Source of the DNA: Heterodontus francisci
Lineage: Eukaryota
DNA length: 64,000 nt
Reading direction: 5' to 3'
NCBI RefSeq assembly: GCF_036365525.1
Contig: NC_090374.1
Coordinates: forward strand, 14,797,168-14,861,167
Below are positions 11,127-23,471 of this stretch, piece after piece (positions within the stretch are counted from its first letter, which is position 1; each line of letters opens with the position of its first letter). A program made the position numbers and the translations under genes. The notes below the pieces were generated by a model. The model worked only from the letters and a program-made list of their open reading frames with translations. It was not told the origin of the DNA and ran no database searches.

Positions 11127-12680
11127 GTGACTCAGGGGGCAGGGAAAGGGAAAACGACAGGGAGTATGATGGTAAATAAAAAGGTAAGCAGCAGGTTAAC
11201 ATGTGTGCAGGAGGGTTTAAGTTCAAGGCAGACTATGAAAGAAGCAGAAAGGAAGGATAACTCAGGAGTTATTATTAGAGATGTTGGAAATCATGAGGGT
11301 AAGAAAGCTAGCATAAAGGCACTTTACCTGAATGCTCGTAGCATTCGTAACAAGGTTGATGAGTTAACGGCACAAATCATCACGAATAAATATGATTTGG
11401 TAGCCATTACGGAGACATGGTTACAGGTTGGTCACGACTGGGAGTTAAATATCCAGGCGTACCAGACTATTCGGAAGGACAGACAGGAAGGTAAGGGAGG
11501 TGGTGTAGCTCTGATATTCAAGGACGACATCAGGGCAGTGCTGAGAGATGATATAGGTTCTATGGAGAATGAGGTTGAATCAATTTGGGTGGAAATTAGA
11601 AACTCTAAGAAGAAAAAGTCATTGATAGGCGTAGTCTATAGGCCACCAAATAATATCACATTGGGGCGGGCAATAAACAAAGAAATAACTAATGCCTGTA
11701 AAAATGGTACGGCAATTATCATGGGGGATTTTAATCTACATGTAGATTGGTCGAACCAGCTCAGTCAGGGTAGCCTTGAGGAGGAGTTCATTGACTGTAT
11801 CCGTGATAGTTTTCTTGAACAGTATGGAATGGAACCGACGAGGGAGCAAGCTATCCTCGATCTAGTCCTGTGTGATGAGACAGGAATAATTAATGACCTC
11901 ATAGTTAGGGATCCTCTTGGAAGGAGTGATCACAGTATGGTTGAATTTAGAATACAGATGGAGAGTGTGAAGATAAAATCCAATACCAGGGTCCTGCGCT
12001 TGAACAAGGGGGACTACAATAGAATGAGGGAGGACTTGGCTAAAGTAGACTGGAAACAAAGATTTTATGGTGGGACAGTTGACGAGCAGTGGAGGACTTT
12101 CAAAGCAATTTTTCAAAGTGCTCAGCTAAAGTATATTCCAGTGAAAAGGAAGGACTGGAAGAAAAGGGGTAATATGCCATGGGTGTCTAAGGAAATAAGG
12201 GAGGCTATCAAATTGAAAGAGAAGGCATACAAAGTGGCCAAAAGCAGCTTGAAACTAGAAGATTGGGAAAACTTTAAAGGTCAACAGAAAGCCACAAAAA
12301 GAGCTATAAAGAAAAGTAAGATAGAACATGAGAAAAAACTAGCACAGAATATAAAGACAGATAGCAAAAGTTTCTATAAATATATAAAACGAAAAAGAGT
12401 GGCTAAAGTAAACGTTGGTCCTTTAGAGGATGAGAAGGGGAATTTAGTTATGGGATATGATGAAATGGCCGAGGCATTAAACAGGTATTTTGTATCGGTC
12501 TTCACAGTGGAGGACATTAATAACATGCCAGTAATTGACAAAGAGACGAACGTAGGTGAGGACCTGGAAACAATCATTATTACGGAAGAGGTAGTGTTGG
12601 GCCAGCTAATGGAGCTAAGGATTGATAAGTCTCCTGGCCCTAATGGAATGTCCCAGCTGATTGGAAAACAGCAGATGTGA
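11127..12680 (+). pseudogene. CR1 ORF2 N-terminal part: APE endonuclease
   Basis: YLNARSI, ITETW, GVVYRPP, MGDFN, SDH motifs; frameshifted by a deletion at ~12650. Confidence 0.85.
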
Positions 12681-14032
12681 CGCCACTGTTTAAAAAGGGA
12701 GGTAGACAAAAGATGGGGAATTATAGACCGGTTAGCTTAACCTCTGCAGTGGGGAAGATGCTTGAGTCTATTATCAAGGAAGAAATAGCAGGGCATCTCG
12801 ATAGAAATTGTCCCGTTGGGCAGACGCAGCATGGGTTCATGAAGGGCAGGTCATGCTTGACAAATCTTTTGGAATTCTATGATGACATTACGAGCAAGGT
12901 GGACAATGGGGACCCAGTGGATGTGGTGTACCTAGATTTCCAAAAGGCCTTAGACAAGGTGCCGCACAAGAGGCTGCTGCATAAGATAATGATGCATGGC
13001 GTCAGGGGTAAAGTATTAGCATGGATAGAGGATTGGTTGACTAACAGGAAGCAGAGAGTGGGGATAAATGAGTGCTATTCTGGTTGGCAATCAGTCACTA
13101 GTGGTGTGCCTCAGGGATCGGTGTTGGGACCGCAATTATTTACAATTTATATAGATGATTTGGAGTTGGGGACCACGTGTAGGGTGTCAAAGTTTGCAGA
13201 TGACACTAAGATGAGTGGCAGAGCAAAGTATGCAGATGACTGTGAAACTTTGCAGAGGAACATAGATACATTGAGTGAGTGGGCAAAGGTCTGGCAGACG
13301 GAATACAATGTTAATAAATGTGAAGTCATTCATTTCGGTAGGAGTAACAGTAAAAACGATTATTACTTGAATGGTAAAAAGTTGCAGCATGCTACTATGC
13401 AGAGGGACCTGGGTGTCCTTGTGCATGAATCGCAGAAGGTTGGTCTGCAGGTACAGCAAGTAATTAGGAAGGCAAATGGAATTTTGTCCTTCATTGCTAA
13501 AGGGATTGAGTTTAAAAGCAGAGAGGTTATGTTGCAGCTGTATAAGGTACTGGTGAGGCCGCACCTGGAGTACTGTGTGCAGTTTTGGTCTCCTTACTTG
13601 AGAAAGGATATACTGGCACTGGAGAGGGTGCAGAGGAGGTTCACTAGGTTGATTCCAGAGTTGAGGGGGTTGGCTTATGAGGAGAGACTGAGTAGATTGG
13701 GATTATATTCATTGGAATTCAGAAGAATGAGGGGGGATCTTACAGAAACATATAAAATCATGAAGGGAATAGATAAGATACAAGTAGAGAGGATGTTTCC
13801 ACTGGCAGGTGAAGCTAGGACAAGAGGGCATAGCCTCAAGATTAGAGGGAGCAGATTTAGGACTGAATTAAGAAGGAACTTCTTCACCCAGAGGGTTGCT
13901 AATCTGTGGAATTCCTTGCCCAGTGAAGTAGTTGACGCTTCTCCAGTAAACGTTTTTAAAGCTAAGGTAAATATCTTTTTGAACAATAAAGGAATTAAGG
14001 GATACGGTGGGAGCGCGGGTAAGTGGATCTGA
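12677..14032 (+). pseudogene. CR1 ORF2 C-terminal part: reverse transcriptase
   Basis: [36 protein letters not shown]. Confidence 0.9.
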
Positions 14033-14152
14033 GTCCACGAAAAGATCAGCCATGATCTTATTGAATCGCGGAGCAGGCTTAAGTGGCCGGACGGCCTACT
14101 CCTGCTCCTAGTTCTGATGATCTTATGATCTTATGACTCTGTATCTTGCCCG

Positions 14153-17100
14153 TTTTTTTCATCTCTATTTTTATAATATGGCCTTTATGCCCCAGGACCC
14201 TTTTATATATTTTATGTCGAGGTGGCCTTTATTTTTCTGGCCCCTTTATATACATTTTATAAAAATAACTTTATTAAAAAAAGATAAATAAAACAAAACT
14301 CAAATTAAAATGCCATTCTCGGCATCAATTATGCACTCCAGCCCCGACAGTGCTCACCGGTCGTGGAAGGCCTCAAGCGTACCGGCGGACGCCGCATGCT
14401 CCTTCTCCGGGGACAACTGGGCACGAACGTAACTGCGGAAGAGGGGCAGGCAATCAGGGAGGACGGACCCCCCGATGACCCGCAGCCTGGAAATGTGAAT
14501 TGCCACCTTGGCCAGGCCCAGGAGCAGACCAATGAGGAGATCCTCCTCCCGGCCCACGCCCCTCCGCATCGGGTGCCCAAAGATCAGGAGCGTGGGGCTG
14601 AAGTGCAACCAAAACCTGAGGAGTAGCCCCTTCAAATACTCAAACAGGGGCTGCAACCTCGCACACTCCATATACACGTGGAAAACGGACTCATCCGGAC
14701 CGCAGAATTTACAGGCGGCCTGGGAGTCCGTGAACCTACTTAAAAGTCTATAGCACGGGACTGCCCTGTGCAACACCCTCCACCCGAGGCCCCCAATGTA
14801 AAGGAGGATTCCCGCATAGAGAGACCTCCATCGGGGTTTCCCCTTGCTGCCAGATGGCAACACGGACTGCCAGGGCGTGTCTGACCAGCTGATGAGGGCG
14901 AGGAAGTGGAGAGTGAGCAGGAGCAGCCCGCACAGGAAACCCCTCCCCCCCAATTGGAATGACCCGGAGGGCATTTCCGATGAGCAGTTCCGGCCAAGCC
15001 CCCTCGTCACCCGCAGTGAGGGGCGTCCTGGGGGCTTCAGCTACTTATTCGGCCGTCGGTCCATCCCTGGGGCCGGCCCACCAGACAGCCAGTTTTTAAG
15101 CAGGCGGAGATCGCCCCTCTTCGGCAGCAGGACGATGACCACCCTGCGCCACGAGACGGGCATCTCCCCGGTCGCCAGGCTTTCCCCCAGGACCTGCGCG
15201 TAATCATCCCTCAGGATGTCCCAGAATGCCCTGAGGAACTCCACGGTCAGCCCGTCCAGCCCTGGGAATTTGCCCCTCGAGAGCTGGTGGAGGGCGCCAG
15301 TCAGCTCCGCCAACGTGAGCGGAGCCTCCAATCCTTTGGCGCCCTCCGGGCTGACCTGCGGCTGGTCCTCCCACAAAACTCTGCGCGCGTCCTCGCTGGA
15401 CGGATCCGGAGAGAACAACGCACTGTAATAAGTACGGACCAGGAGGTCCATTCCCTCTGGATCTGTGACGGAGGATCCGTTGTCAGCCAGCAGCTCAGCG
15501 AGCTGCTTACGGACATCCCGCCATTTTTCCAGCGAGTAGAAGAAGGGTGAGGCGTTGTCCAAATCTTCCAGGATCTGGATCCTCGACCTCACGTATGCGC
15601 CTCGGGACCCTATGTGCTGCAGGTCCTCAGCGCGCCCTTCTCTTTGTACGCCTACCACAGGGCCAGGTCCGCGACGGCATGACCGAGGCGGGACTCCAAG
15701 TCGAGCACCTCCCTCTCTAGGTGCCTGATCTCGGCTTCCCGCCTCTTGGTCGACCCCTTCGCGTACTCCTGACTGAAGACGCGGATGTGAGTCTTGCCCA
15801 CATCCCACCATAGCCTCAAGGAGGGGAAGCCCCCCTGCTTCCTTCTCCAGTCAGCCCAGAATCGACGGAATGAGTCCCGGAATCGCTCATCTTCCAGCAG
15901 CCGGTTGTTAAAGTGCCAGTACGCGGACCCCGTGTGAGGAGCGGAATGAACTCTGCCCACACCAGGTGGTGGTCCAAGCACTGCACCAGCCGCATGGAGG
16001 CTGCCGAGACGCGGGAGACGAGCGCCTGCAAAAAGTAGAGGCAGCCGATTCGGGACCCTCCTCCTCCAGACCTCCAGGTGAAGGCGCTGGAGTTGGGATG
16101 GAGATTCCGCCAGACGTCCACCAAGTTAAGGGAGCTGATCAGTTCCCTCAACTTCTCCACCGACGCTTCGCCGCGCTGGGGACCGCAGCGATCCTCCACC
16201 TCGAGGGTGCAGTTAAAATCCCCCCCAAGGATGATGCACTTGCCGCTATCGATGGAGCTCAAGAGAGCGGACACTTCTTCAAAGAAGCGTGTGGGTTTCC
16301 TGCAGAAAATTCACCGCATATCTCCCTTCCCTGAGGACTGAGAGATTGTGAAATCTGCGGTGAGACCCCCTGCTGCCCTTGATGTTGAGGCTGGCTATGG
16401 TTATCTTCATGTCAAAGGTACTTAAAACCCGTCACCAACACCTCACTGTGAGGAGGGAACGGAAGTTCACCTGGCCCTCCACTCCCCCAGCAACCCATCG
16501 AGGAATGCATTAAAACGGCACCTCTCAACCAGTTTCGTGCCCTCACCCTTGCCCGCTTTCTTGAGGGCGGCATGGACAGACTGGATGATCAGCTCCAGAC
16601 TCGACCAACGGCCGAGGGCCAGCTGAACTTTATCGCGGCAACCCCTGCAAGCCGCGAGGAAATCCCGGAGTTCCGCCGTGGGGATGAGAGGAGACTCGGT
16701 GGGAGGCACGAGGGACTCTACCACCTCACTGGCAATGGAATCAAGGTTGTCCTCCATGCCCCAAACCGAGTCCCCATCCTCCTCCTGGTTGTCACTGCCA
16801 GCGGTCGACACACCCACCACACACTGTGGGCGGACGTCCCGGCCGCGCCAGCTGGTCCCGCCTCCGTCACGATCCCACCCACAGGATCGATGGCGGAGGA
16901 GTCCCCTCTGGGTTCTAAGATGGAACTGGAGCCTGTGGGCACCAGCGGTTCAGGACCCTGCTCCACCTCCGTCCCCAGGCCAATGAGCAGTCCAGGGGAG
17001 ACGGAAGTTCCCGACTCCGGAAATCCAGCCGGTGCTGAGACCGGAGGTGAAGAGAGGAGGCCATCTCCCGCTCCGCCAGCACCCACAGGCCCAGCAGATG

Positions 17101-19103
17101 GGGCAGCATTTTCAGTTATAACCAGGTCTGGTGTCTCCTGGTTGTCAGTGGATTCTGGCTGGGAGGGCCGACCCTTTGGGGACTCGCCCTCCCCTCCACG
17201 CAGGCCACCGGACCCAGTGGCAGAACGGGAGGCTTCTCCAGAAGCGTCCCCAGACTCCCCCACCACAAGTAGGGCTTCAATTGCTCCCACAGGAGGGGCT
17301 GCATGTAGCGGGGCCTCCCCCTCCCCTCCATCCTGAAGAATAGGGAGCTCCTACCCAGACTTTGCAGTCTTGATGTTGGTGGTGGTAGGGGGAACCTGGG
17401 GACCCGAAACAGGAGACAGCTCCCCTCCAACAGATGGGCCCTGCACCTCAGGGCCCTGTGTTACCTCTGTGGAGGGGTGCCTTCTCCTCTTTTTCCCACT
17501 GGGGCACAGAGGCTCAGAGACCTCCATGTCATCAGAGGCCTCCGCCTCCGCACCCTTTTTTTTTTAGTTACTCTGGGCCTGAGCCCAGCCTTGGGACAGG
17601 TGGATTCCCTGGGAGCGGGCCTTGGGCTGAGCCCAGACTCAGATTGTGTCACGGCGTCCAGGGAATGAGCCTCTCAGTGTTTACTTTTCCTCCACGCCTT
17701 CCTTCCACTCGGACGGGCACTCCCCTCCCCGCCGGAGGCTGTGAAAACCACAGCCTCCGGAACCGACTAAGCGGTGTCTGTTGGATGTGTGGGGTGAGTG
17801 GGAGGAGGTGCAGTGTCGCCACCCTGGGCCGCCGAAGTGGAACTGGCGGCCGGGAGGTTGGGGCAGTTCTTATGAACATGCCCCACCCCCTTGCAGACGT
17901 GGCACCACACCCCGTCTAAGGTCCAAAAGACGTGGTAGACCGTCCCTGGAACTCCACACTGAAGTGGTCCTCCAAGACCTCCTCCCACGCCAGCTGCATA
18001 AATAGCTGGCGGCGGAAGGAGTAGACATGTCGGAGGCTGTGCTCCCGAAGACTAAGCCGGACTGGGGTGATCCCCGACCTCACCTCCCCCAGATGGTGCA
18101 GGTGGGGAAGGAGGAGCTCACTGGGAATAAAGGGCGGCACATTTGATAACATTATCCGCTGCGCAGTGGCCCCTAGAGGGTTCACCGGCAGGAAAGTCCA
18201 ACCCACAGTGAGCCCTTTATTCAGGGCCAGGGGCACGGCCCGCTCGGTCTTCAGGAAGAACACAGCCTGCCCGTACATTTTTGAGGCTGCCACAATGGCT
18301 GAGGGGCCGACAACCTCGGCCATTGCCTTTACGCAGGCCTCTATAGACATTGGGGTGGGGATAGCTCTTTACCCCATGGCTCGAAGTAATGAATTTAAAA
18401 GGTGACGGGGTCACACGGGCGGCCACAGAGGCTACAGCCGCATAGGTATGAGAAGGCCCCGCCACCAGTGATGATGGGCTTGCCATGGTTCAAGAGCCAA
18501 ACCCATCCCCAAATTGCAGGCAAACAAGCAAAAACAAAGAAACCAACTAGTAGGTTTGGGGAGAGGCTGAGGGAATACAGGAAAGGGGAAAGACAGGTTG
18601 CAAGCGATGACTTTGCTTTTTTTTTCTCCTTGAAGGGTGGTACTCAGAGCACTGTAAACACTCCTGGTCTTCCGGTTTTCTGGTTGTGGGAGGGGTCTTT
18701 TCCTGGGTCAGCCGAAAGCTGCCCAGGCACTAGTTAGATCCTTCTGTCTCTATAGCCAGGCAGCTTCAGCTGACTCAGGCTGGGCAATTAGGGTGGGGAG
18801 GGAGCTTCCTTGTGTATTCAGTGCAATGGCACAGATCCCTGCAGAATTGTACAGCCCCCACCCCTTGTTGTTCCGGCCTCTTCCACCTCCCACAACAGTC
18901 CAAATGAATTAAAGCCTGGTGCTCGACACCCACCTCGAAATACAGCCTTATTGCCAAAGTCTTTCCTCCTCTGCAGCAAAAGTTGTTCAAAATTTTGCAG
19001 TTCAGTCCTCAGCTCTCCCTCTACAACAGCACCTCCAGCAACTGACTGCAGCACTATCAGCTGCACCTCGTTGATGCACTCAGCACCTCCAACTGGTTAG
19101 CAG
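14153..19103 (-). mobile_element. Tx1-clade LINE copy 1: both ends present, internally deleted (RT core missing)
   Basis: ORF1 with CHVCKGVGHVHKNC (17767-18350), endonuclease GGDFNC (15816..16274), C-terminal CKFC..ESVFHVYMEC (14354..15010); T-tract at 14153; colinear with copy 2 apart from deletions. Confidence 0.9.
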
Positions 19104-19447
19104 CTAACCCCGTTTTTTTTTTTCTTTTTTTTTTAGCTGCAAGACGGAGGAGTCGCTGGAGGAGGTGGAGGGTGAGAGACGCTGCCCGGAGGGGTCGGGA
19201 TGGGTCGGGCGGCCCGGGATCCGGGGTAGGGAGTCACAGGGGGCGGGGGGAAGGGGATTAATGCCCCCCAACTCTTTCTGCCGCCCTCCTTTTCCCCCAT
19301 TTTTTTCCCATGCGGATTCCCTATGTAAACAGGTCACGCTGCAGTTCCAGCTTACGGCCACTGGCGGCGCTGCAGTTTGAGGCCTGGATTTTTAAAAACC
19401 CACAGCCTGGGCTGAGGGGCGGCTTCAGTCTGGGAAATGCAGACCTG

Positions 19448-19578
19448 GTGCTGTCCCGGGCTGTATGATAGAGAATCCAGGGAGCTTTACTCTGTATCTA
19501 ACCCCCGTGCTGTACCTGTCCTGGGGAGTGTTTGATGTGGACAGTGTGGAGGGAGCTTGACTCTGTATCTAACCCCCG
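19448..19578 (+). repeat. ~71-bp satellite monomers, left part of an array split by Tx1 copy 2
   Basis: gggagctttactctgtatctaacccccgtgctgtacctgtcctggggagtgtttgatgtggacagtgtgga; unit starts at 19480 and 19551. Confidence 0.85.
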
Positions 19579-19705
19579 TTTTTTTTTTTTTTCTTTTTTT
19601 TTTATATTTTATGTCGAGGGGGCCTTTATTCCTCAGGCCCCCTTTATATACACACTTATATTTTTAAAATAACTTTATTAAAACCAGATAAATAAACAAA
19701 AAAAC

Positions 19706-22700
19706 TCAAATTAAAATGCCATTCTCGGCGTCGACGATGCACTCCAGTCCCTGCGGTGCCCACCGGTCGCGGAAGGCCTCAAGCGTACCGGCGGACACCG
19801 CATGCTCCTTTTCCAGGGACACCCAGGCGCGAACGTAACCGTGGAAGAGGGGCAGGCAAACGGGGAGGACGGACCCCCCGACGGCCCGCAACCTGGACCT
19901 GTGAATTGCCACCTTGGCCAGGCCCAGGAGCAGACCGACGAGGAGATCCTCCTCCCGGCCCAAGCCCCTCCGCACCGGGTGCCCAAAGATCAGGAGCGTG
20001 GGACTGAAGTGCAGCCAGAATTTGAGGAGCAGCCCCTTCAGATACTCAAATAGGGGCTGCAACCTCGCACACTCCATATAAATGTGGAACACGGACTCGT
20101 CCAGGCCGCAGAAAGTACAGCTGGCCTGGGAGTCCGTGAACCTACTTAAAAGCCTATTGCACGGGACTGCTCTGTGCAGCACCCTCCACCCCAGGTCCCC
20201 GATGTAAAGGGGGAAGACTCCCGCGTCGAGAGACCTCCATCGGGGTTTCCCCTCGCCGCCAGATGGCAACGCGGACCGCCAGGGCGTGTCCGGCCGGCTG
20301 ACGAGGGCGAGGAAGTGGAGAGTGTGCAGGAGCAGCCCGTACAGGAAACCCCTCCGCGCCGATTGGAATGGCACGGAGGGCATTTCCTAGAGGCGGCTCG
20401 GGTTGTGCGGGACCGGCTCCCGAGGAGGGTTTCGGGGCCTGGGTCCGATGAGCAGTTCCGGCCGAGCGGGGGTCAGCTCGGCCGGGATCGCTCCGCACTC
20501 CCGAGCCCCCTCGCCATCCGCAGTGAGGGGCGTCCCGGGGGTTTCGGCTACTCCTCCGCCCGCCGGACCGTCCCCGGAGTCGGCCGCCCGGACAGCCGAG
20601 GCGCTCTCCTCCGCCGGCGGGGGAGCGCCCTGACTGGAGGCGACCATGTTCCAGACTCGGAAAAGATCCCGGTAAAAGACAGGCAACTCCCTCAGAGAGG
20701 CGCGGCTAACGGACTCCACCGGGAGCTGCGTGTCGTCTTGAAGGCAGTGACACTGGCGGAAAAAATACGTCGCCAGCGCACACCATCTGGGAGGACGCTC
20801 GACGTACAGGTATCTCTGCAGGGTCCGAAGGCGGAGAGTCGCAGCCTGGGTGCGGACGCACACCAGCGACTGACCGCCCTCCTCGATCGGGAGACTCAGG
20901 ACCGCGGCAGAGACCCAGTGTTTCCTCTTGCCCCAGAAGAAATCGACGAGTTTCTACTGGATCTTGGTGGCAAATACAGGGGGCGGGGCCAAAGTGACCA
21001 ACCGGTACCACAGCATGGAGGCCATCAGTTGGTTTATGACCAACGCTCGGCCCCTGTAGGAAAGCACTCGGAGCAGTCCTGTCCAGCGCCCCAGCCGAGC
21101 AGTGACTTTCGCCTCCAACTCCTGCCAGTTTGCCGGCCAGGCTTCCTCAGCGGGGCTAAGGTGGACTCCCAGATAGAGGAGGTGCGTGGTGCTCCACGCA
21201 AAAGGTGTCATCTCCTCCGGCAGGGAGTCCACCCGCCACTGACCAACCAGGAGTCCGGAACATTTCTCCCAATTGATCCTCGCGGAGGACGCGGCAGAAA
21301 AGGTCTGCTGGCAGTCGCGCATCCTCCGCAAGTCAACGGGATCTGTGATTGCGAGGAGCACGTCGTCGGCGTAAGCCGAGAGGACGACCCGCATGGCCGG
21401 CTCGCGCAGAGCCAATCCCGTCAACCTCCTGCGAAGCAGGCACAGGAAGGGCTCCACGCAGATGGTATACAATTGGCCGGACATGGGGCACCCCTGACGC
21501 ACTCCTCTCCCAAATCGAAGGGGCGCCGTCAAGGACCCGTTAACTTTGACTGGACACTCTGCGGCGGCGTATAAAAGTCGGACCCGGGCCACGAAATGCG
21601 GCCCGAGTCCGAAAGCGCGCAGAGTCCCGAAAAGGTAATCGTGATCCACCCTGTCGAACGCCTTCTCCTGATCGAGGGAGAGAAAGGCGACCGACTGACC
21701 AGTCCTCTGGGAAAGATGGATCAGGTCCCGGACCAGGTGGATGTTGTCCTGGATGGACCGGCCCGGGACCGTGTAGGACTGGTCGGGGTGGATCATGTGG
21801 GCCAGCTCGGAGCCCAGGCGGGTAGACATAGCCCGGGCAAAGATCTTATAATCCGTGCTGAGGAGGGAGACCGGACGCCAGTTTTTAAGCAGGCGGAGAT
21901 CGCCCCTCTTTGGCAGCAGGACGATGACCGCCCTGCGCCACGAGAGGGGCATCTCCCCGGTCGCCAGGCTTTCCCCCAGGACCCGCGCGTAATCGTCCCC
22001 CAGGACGTCCCAGAACGCCCTGAGGAACTCCACGGTCAACCCATCCAGCCCTGGGGATTTGCCCCTCGAGAGCTGGTGGAGGGCGCCGGTCAGCTCCGCC
22101 AACGTGAGCGGAGCCTCCAATCCTTCGGCGGCTCCGGGCTGACCTGCGGCAGGTCCTCCCACAAAACTCTGCGCGCATCCTCGCTGGACGGATCCGGAGA
22201 GAACAACGCACTGTAATACGTCCGGACCAGGAGGCCCATTCCCTCCGGATCCGTGATGGAGGATCCGTCGTCGGCCAGCAGCTCGACGAGCTGCTTACGG
22301 ACCCCCCGCCATTTTTCCAGCGAGTAGAAGAAGGGTGAGGCGCGGTCCAAATCTTCCAGGATCTGGATCCGCGACCTCACGTACGCGCCTCGGGACCCTA
22401 TGAGCTGCAGGTTCCTCAGCGCGCCCTTCTTTTTGTACGCCTGCCACAGGGCCGGGTCCGCGACGGCATGACCGAGGCGGGATTCCAAGTCGAGCACCTC
22501 CCTCTCAAGGCGCCCGATCTCGGCTTCCCGCCTCTTGGTCGACCCCCTCGCGTACTCCTGACAGAAGACGCGGATGTGAGTCTTGCCCACATCCCACCAT
22601 AGCCTCAAGGAGGGGAAGCCCCCCTGCTTCCTTCTCCAGTCGGCCCAGAATCGACAGAACGAGTCCCGAAATCGCACGTCCTCCAGCAGCCGGTTGTTAA

Positions 22701-23439
22701 AGTGCCAGTACGCGGACCCCGCCCGCGTGTGGAGTGGAGTGAACTCCGCCCACACCAGGCGGTGGTCCGAGCACGGCACCAGCCGCATGGAGGCCGCCGA
22801 AACGCGGGAGACGTACGCCTGCGAAATGTAGAGGTGGTCGATTCGCGACCCCCCTCCTCCAGACCTCCACGTGAAGGCGCTGGAGTCAGGATGGAGATTC
22901 CGCCAGACGTCCACCAAGTTAAGGGAGCTGATCAGTCCCCTCAACTTCTCCACCGACGCTTGGCCGCGCTGGGGACCGGAGCGATCCCCCACCTCGAGGG
23001 TGCAGTTAAAATCCCCCCCGAGGATGATGCACTCGCCGCTATCGATGGAGCTCAAGAGAGCGGACACTTCTTCAAAGAAGCGCGCTTGCAACGCGCTGGG
23101 CCTGGGCGCGTACACGTTCACAAAGTGGAGCGGCACGCTACCCAGGTGAACGGCGAGGTGGAGCAAGTGGCCCGGCACTAGCTCCTTGACCCCCAAGATC
23201 TCCGGCTGAAAAGTCGGGGCCAACAAGATAGCCACCCCACTAGAAATAGGGGTGAGGTGACTCATGTAGACCCCACCCTGCCACTCCAGGAGCCAGGTGG
23301 CTTCGTCTCCCGGAACGGTGTGGGTTTCCTGCAGAAAGCTCACCGCGTATCTCCCTTCCCTAAGGACTGAGAGATTGTGAAATCTGCGGTGAGCCCCTCT
23401 GCTGCCGTTGATGTTGAGGCTGGCTATGGTTATCTTCAT
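19706..23439 (-). pseudogene. Tx1 ORF2: APE endonuclease, reverse transcriptase, C-terminal Cys/His motif
   Basis: MKITIASLNING, LQETH, GGDFNC, SDH (22090..23439); NWRPVSLL, DQEKAFDRV, GVRQGCPMS, YADD (20954..22162); CTFC..ESVFHIYMEC (19706..20383); a frameshift near 22130 and stops at 20954 and 20387. Confidence 0.9.
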
Positions 23440-23471
23440 GTCAAAGGTACTTAAAACCCGTCACCAACACC

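Larger units (their letters stand above)
9895..14135 (+). mobile_element. Near full-length CR1 LINE
   Basis: 5' UTR, ORF1, ORF2 and a (gatcttat)n tail ending at 14135. Confidence 0.9.

Noticed and set aside
19356-19374. CTCF-like motif ggccactggcggcgctg
   Set aside because: Core is one base short of the consensus spacing
19480-19578. Satellite as a CRISPR array or ribozyme
   Set aside because: Eukaryotic context, no unique spacers, no CUGAUGA/GAAA core
20174-21574. 466-aa + strand ORF and other long ORFs antisense to Tx1 (e.g. 23662..24771, 16572..17336)
   Set aside because: Shadow ORFs of GC-rich Tx1 coding sequence; no recognisable motifs
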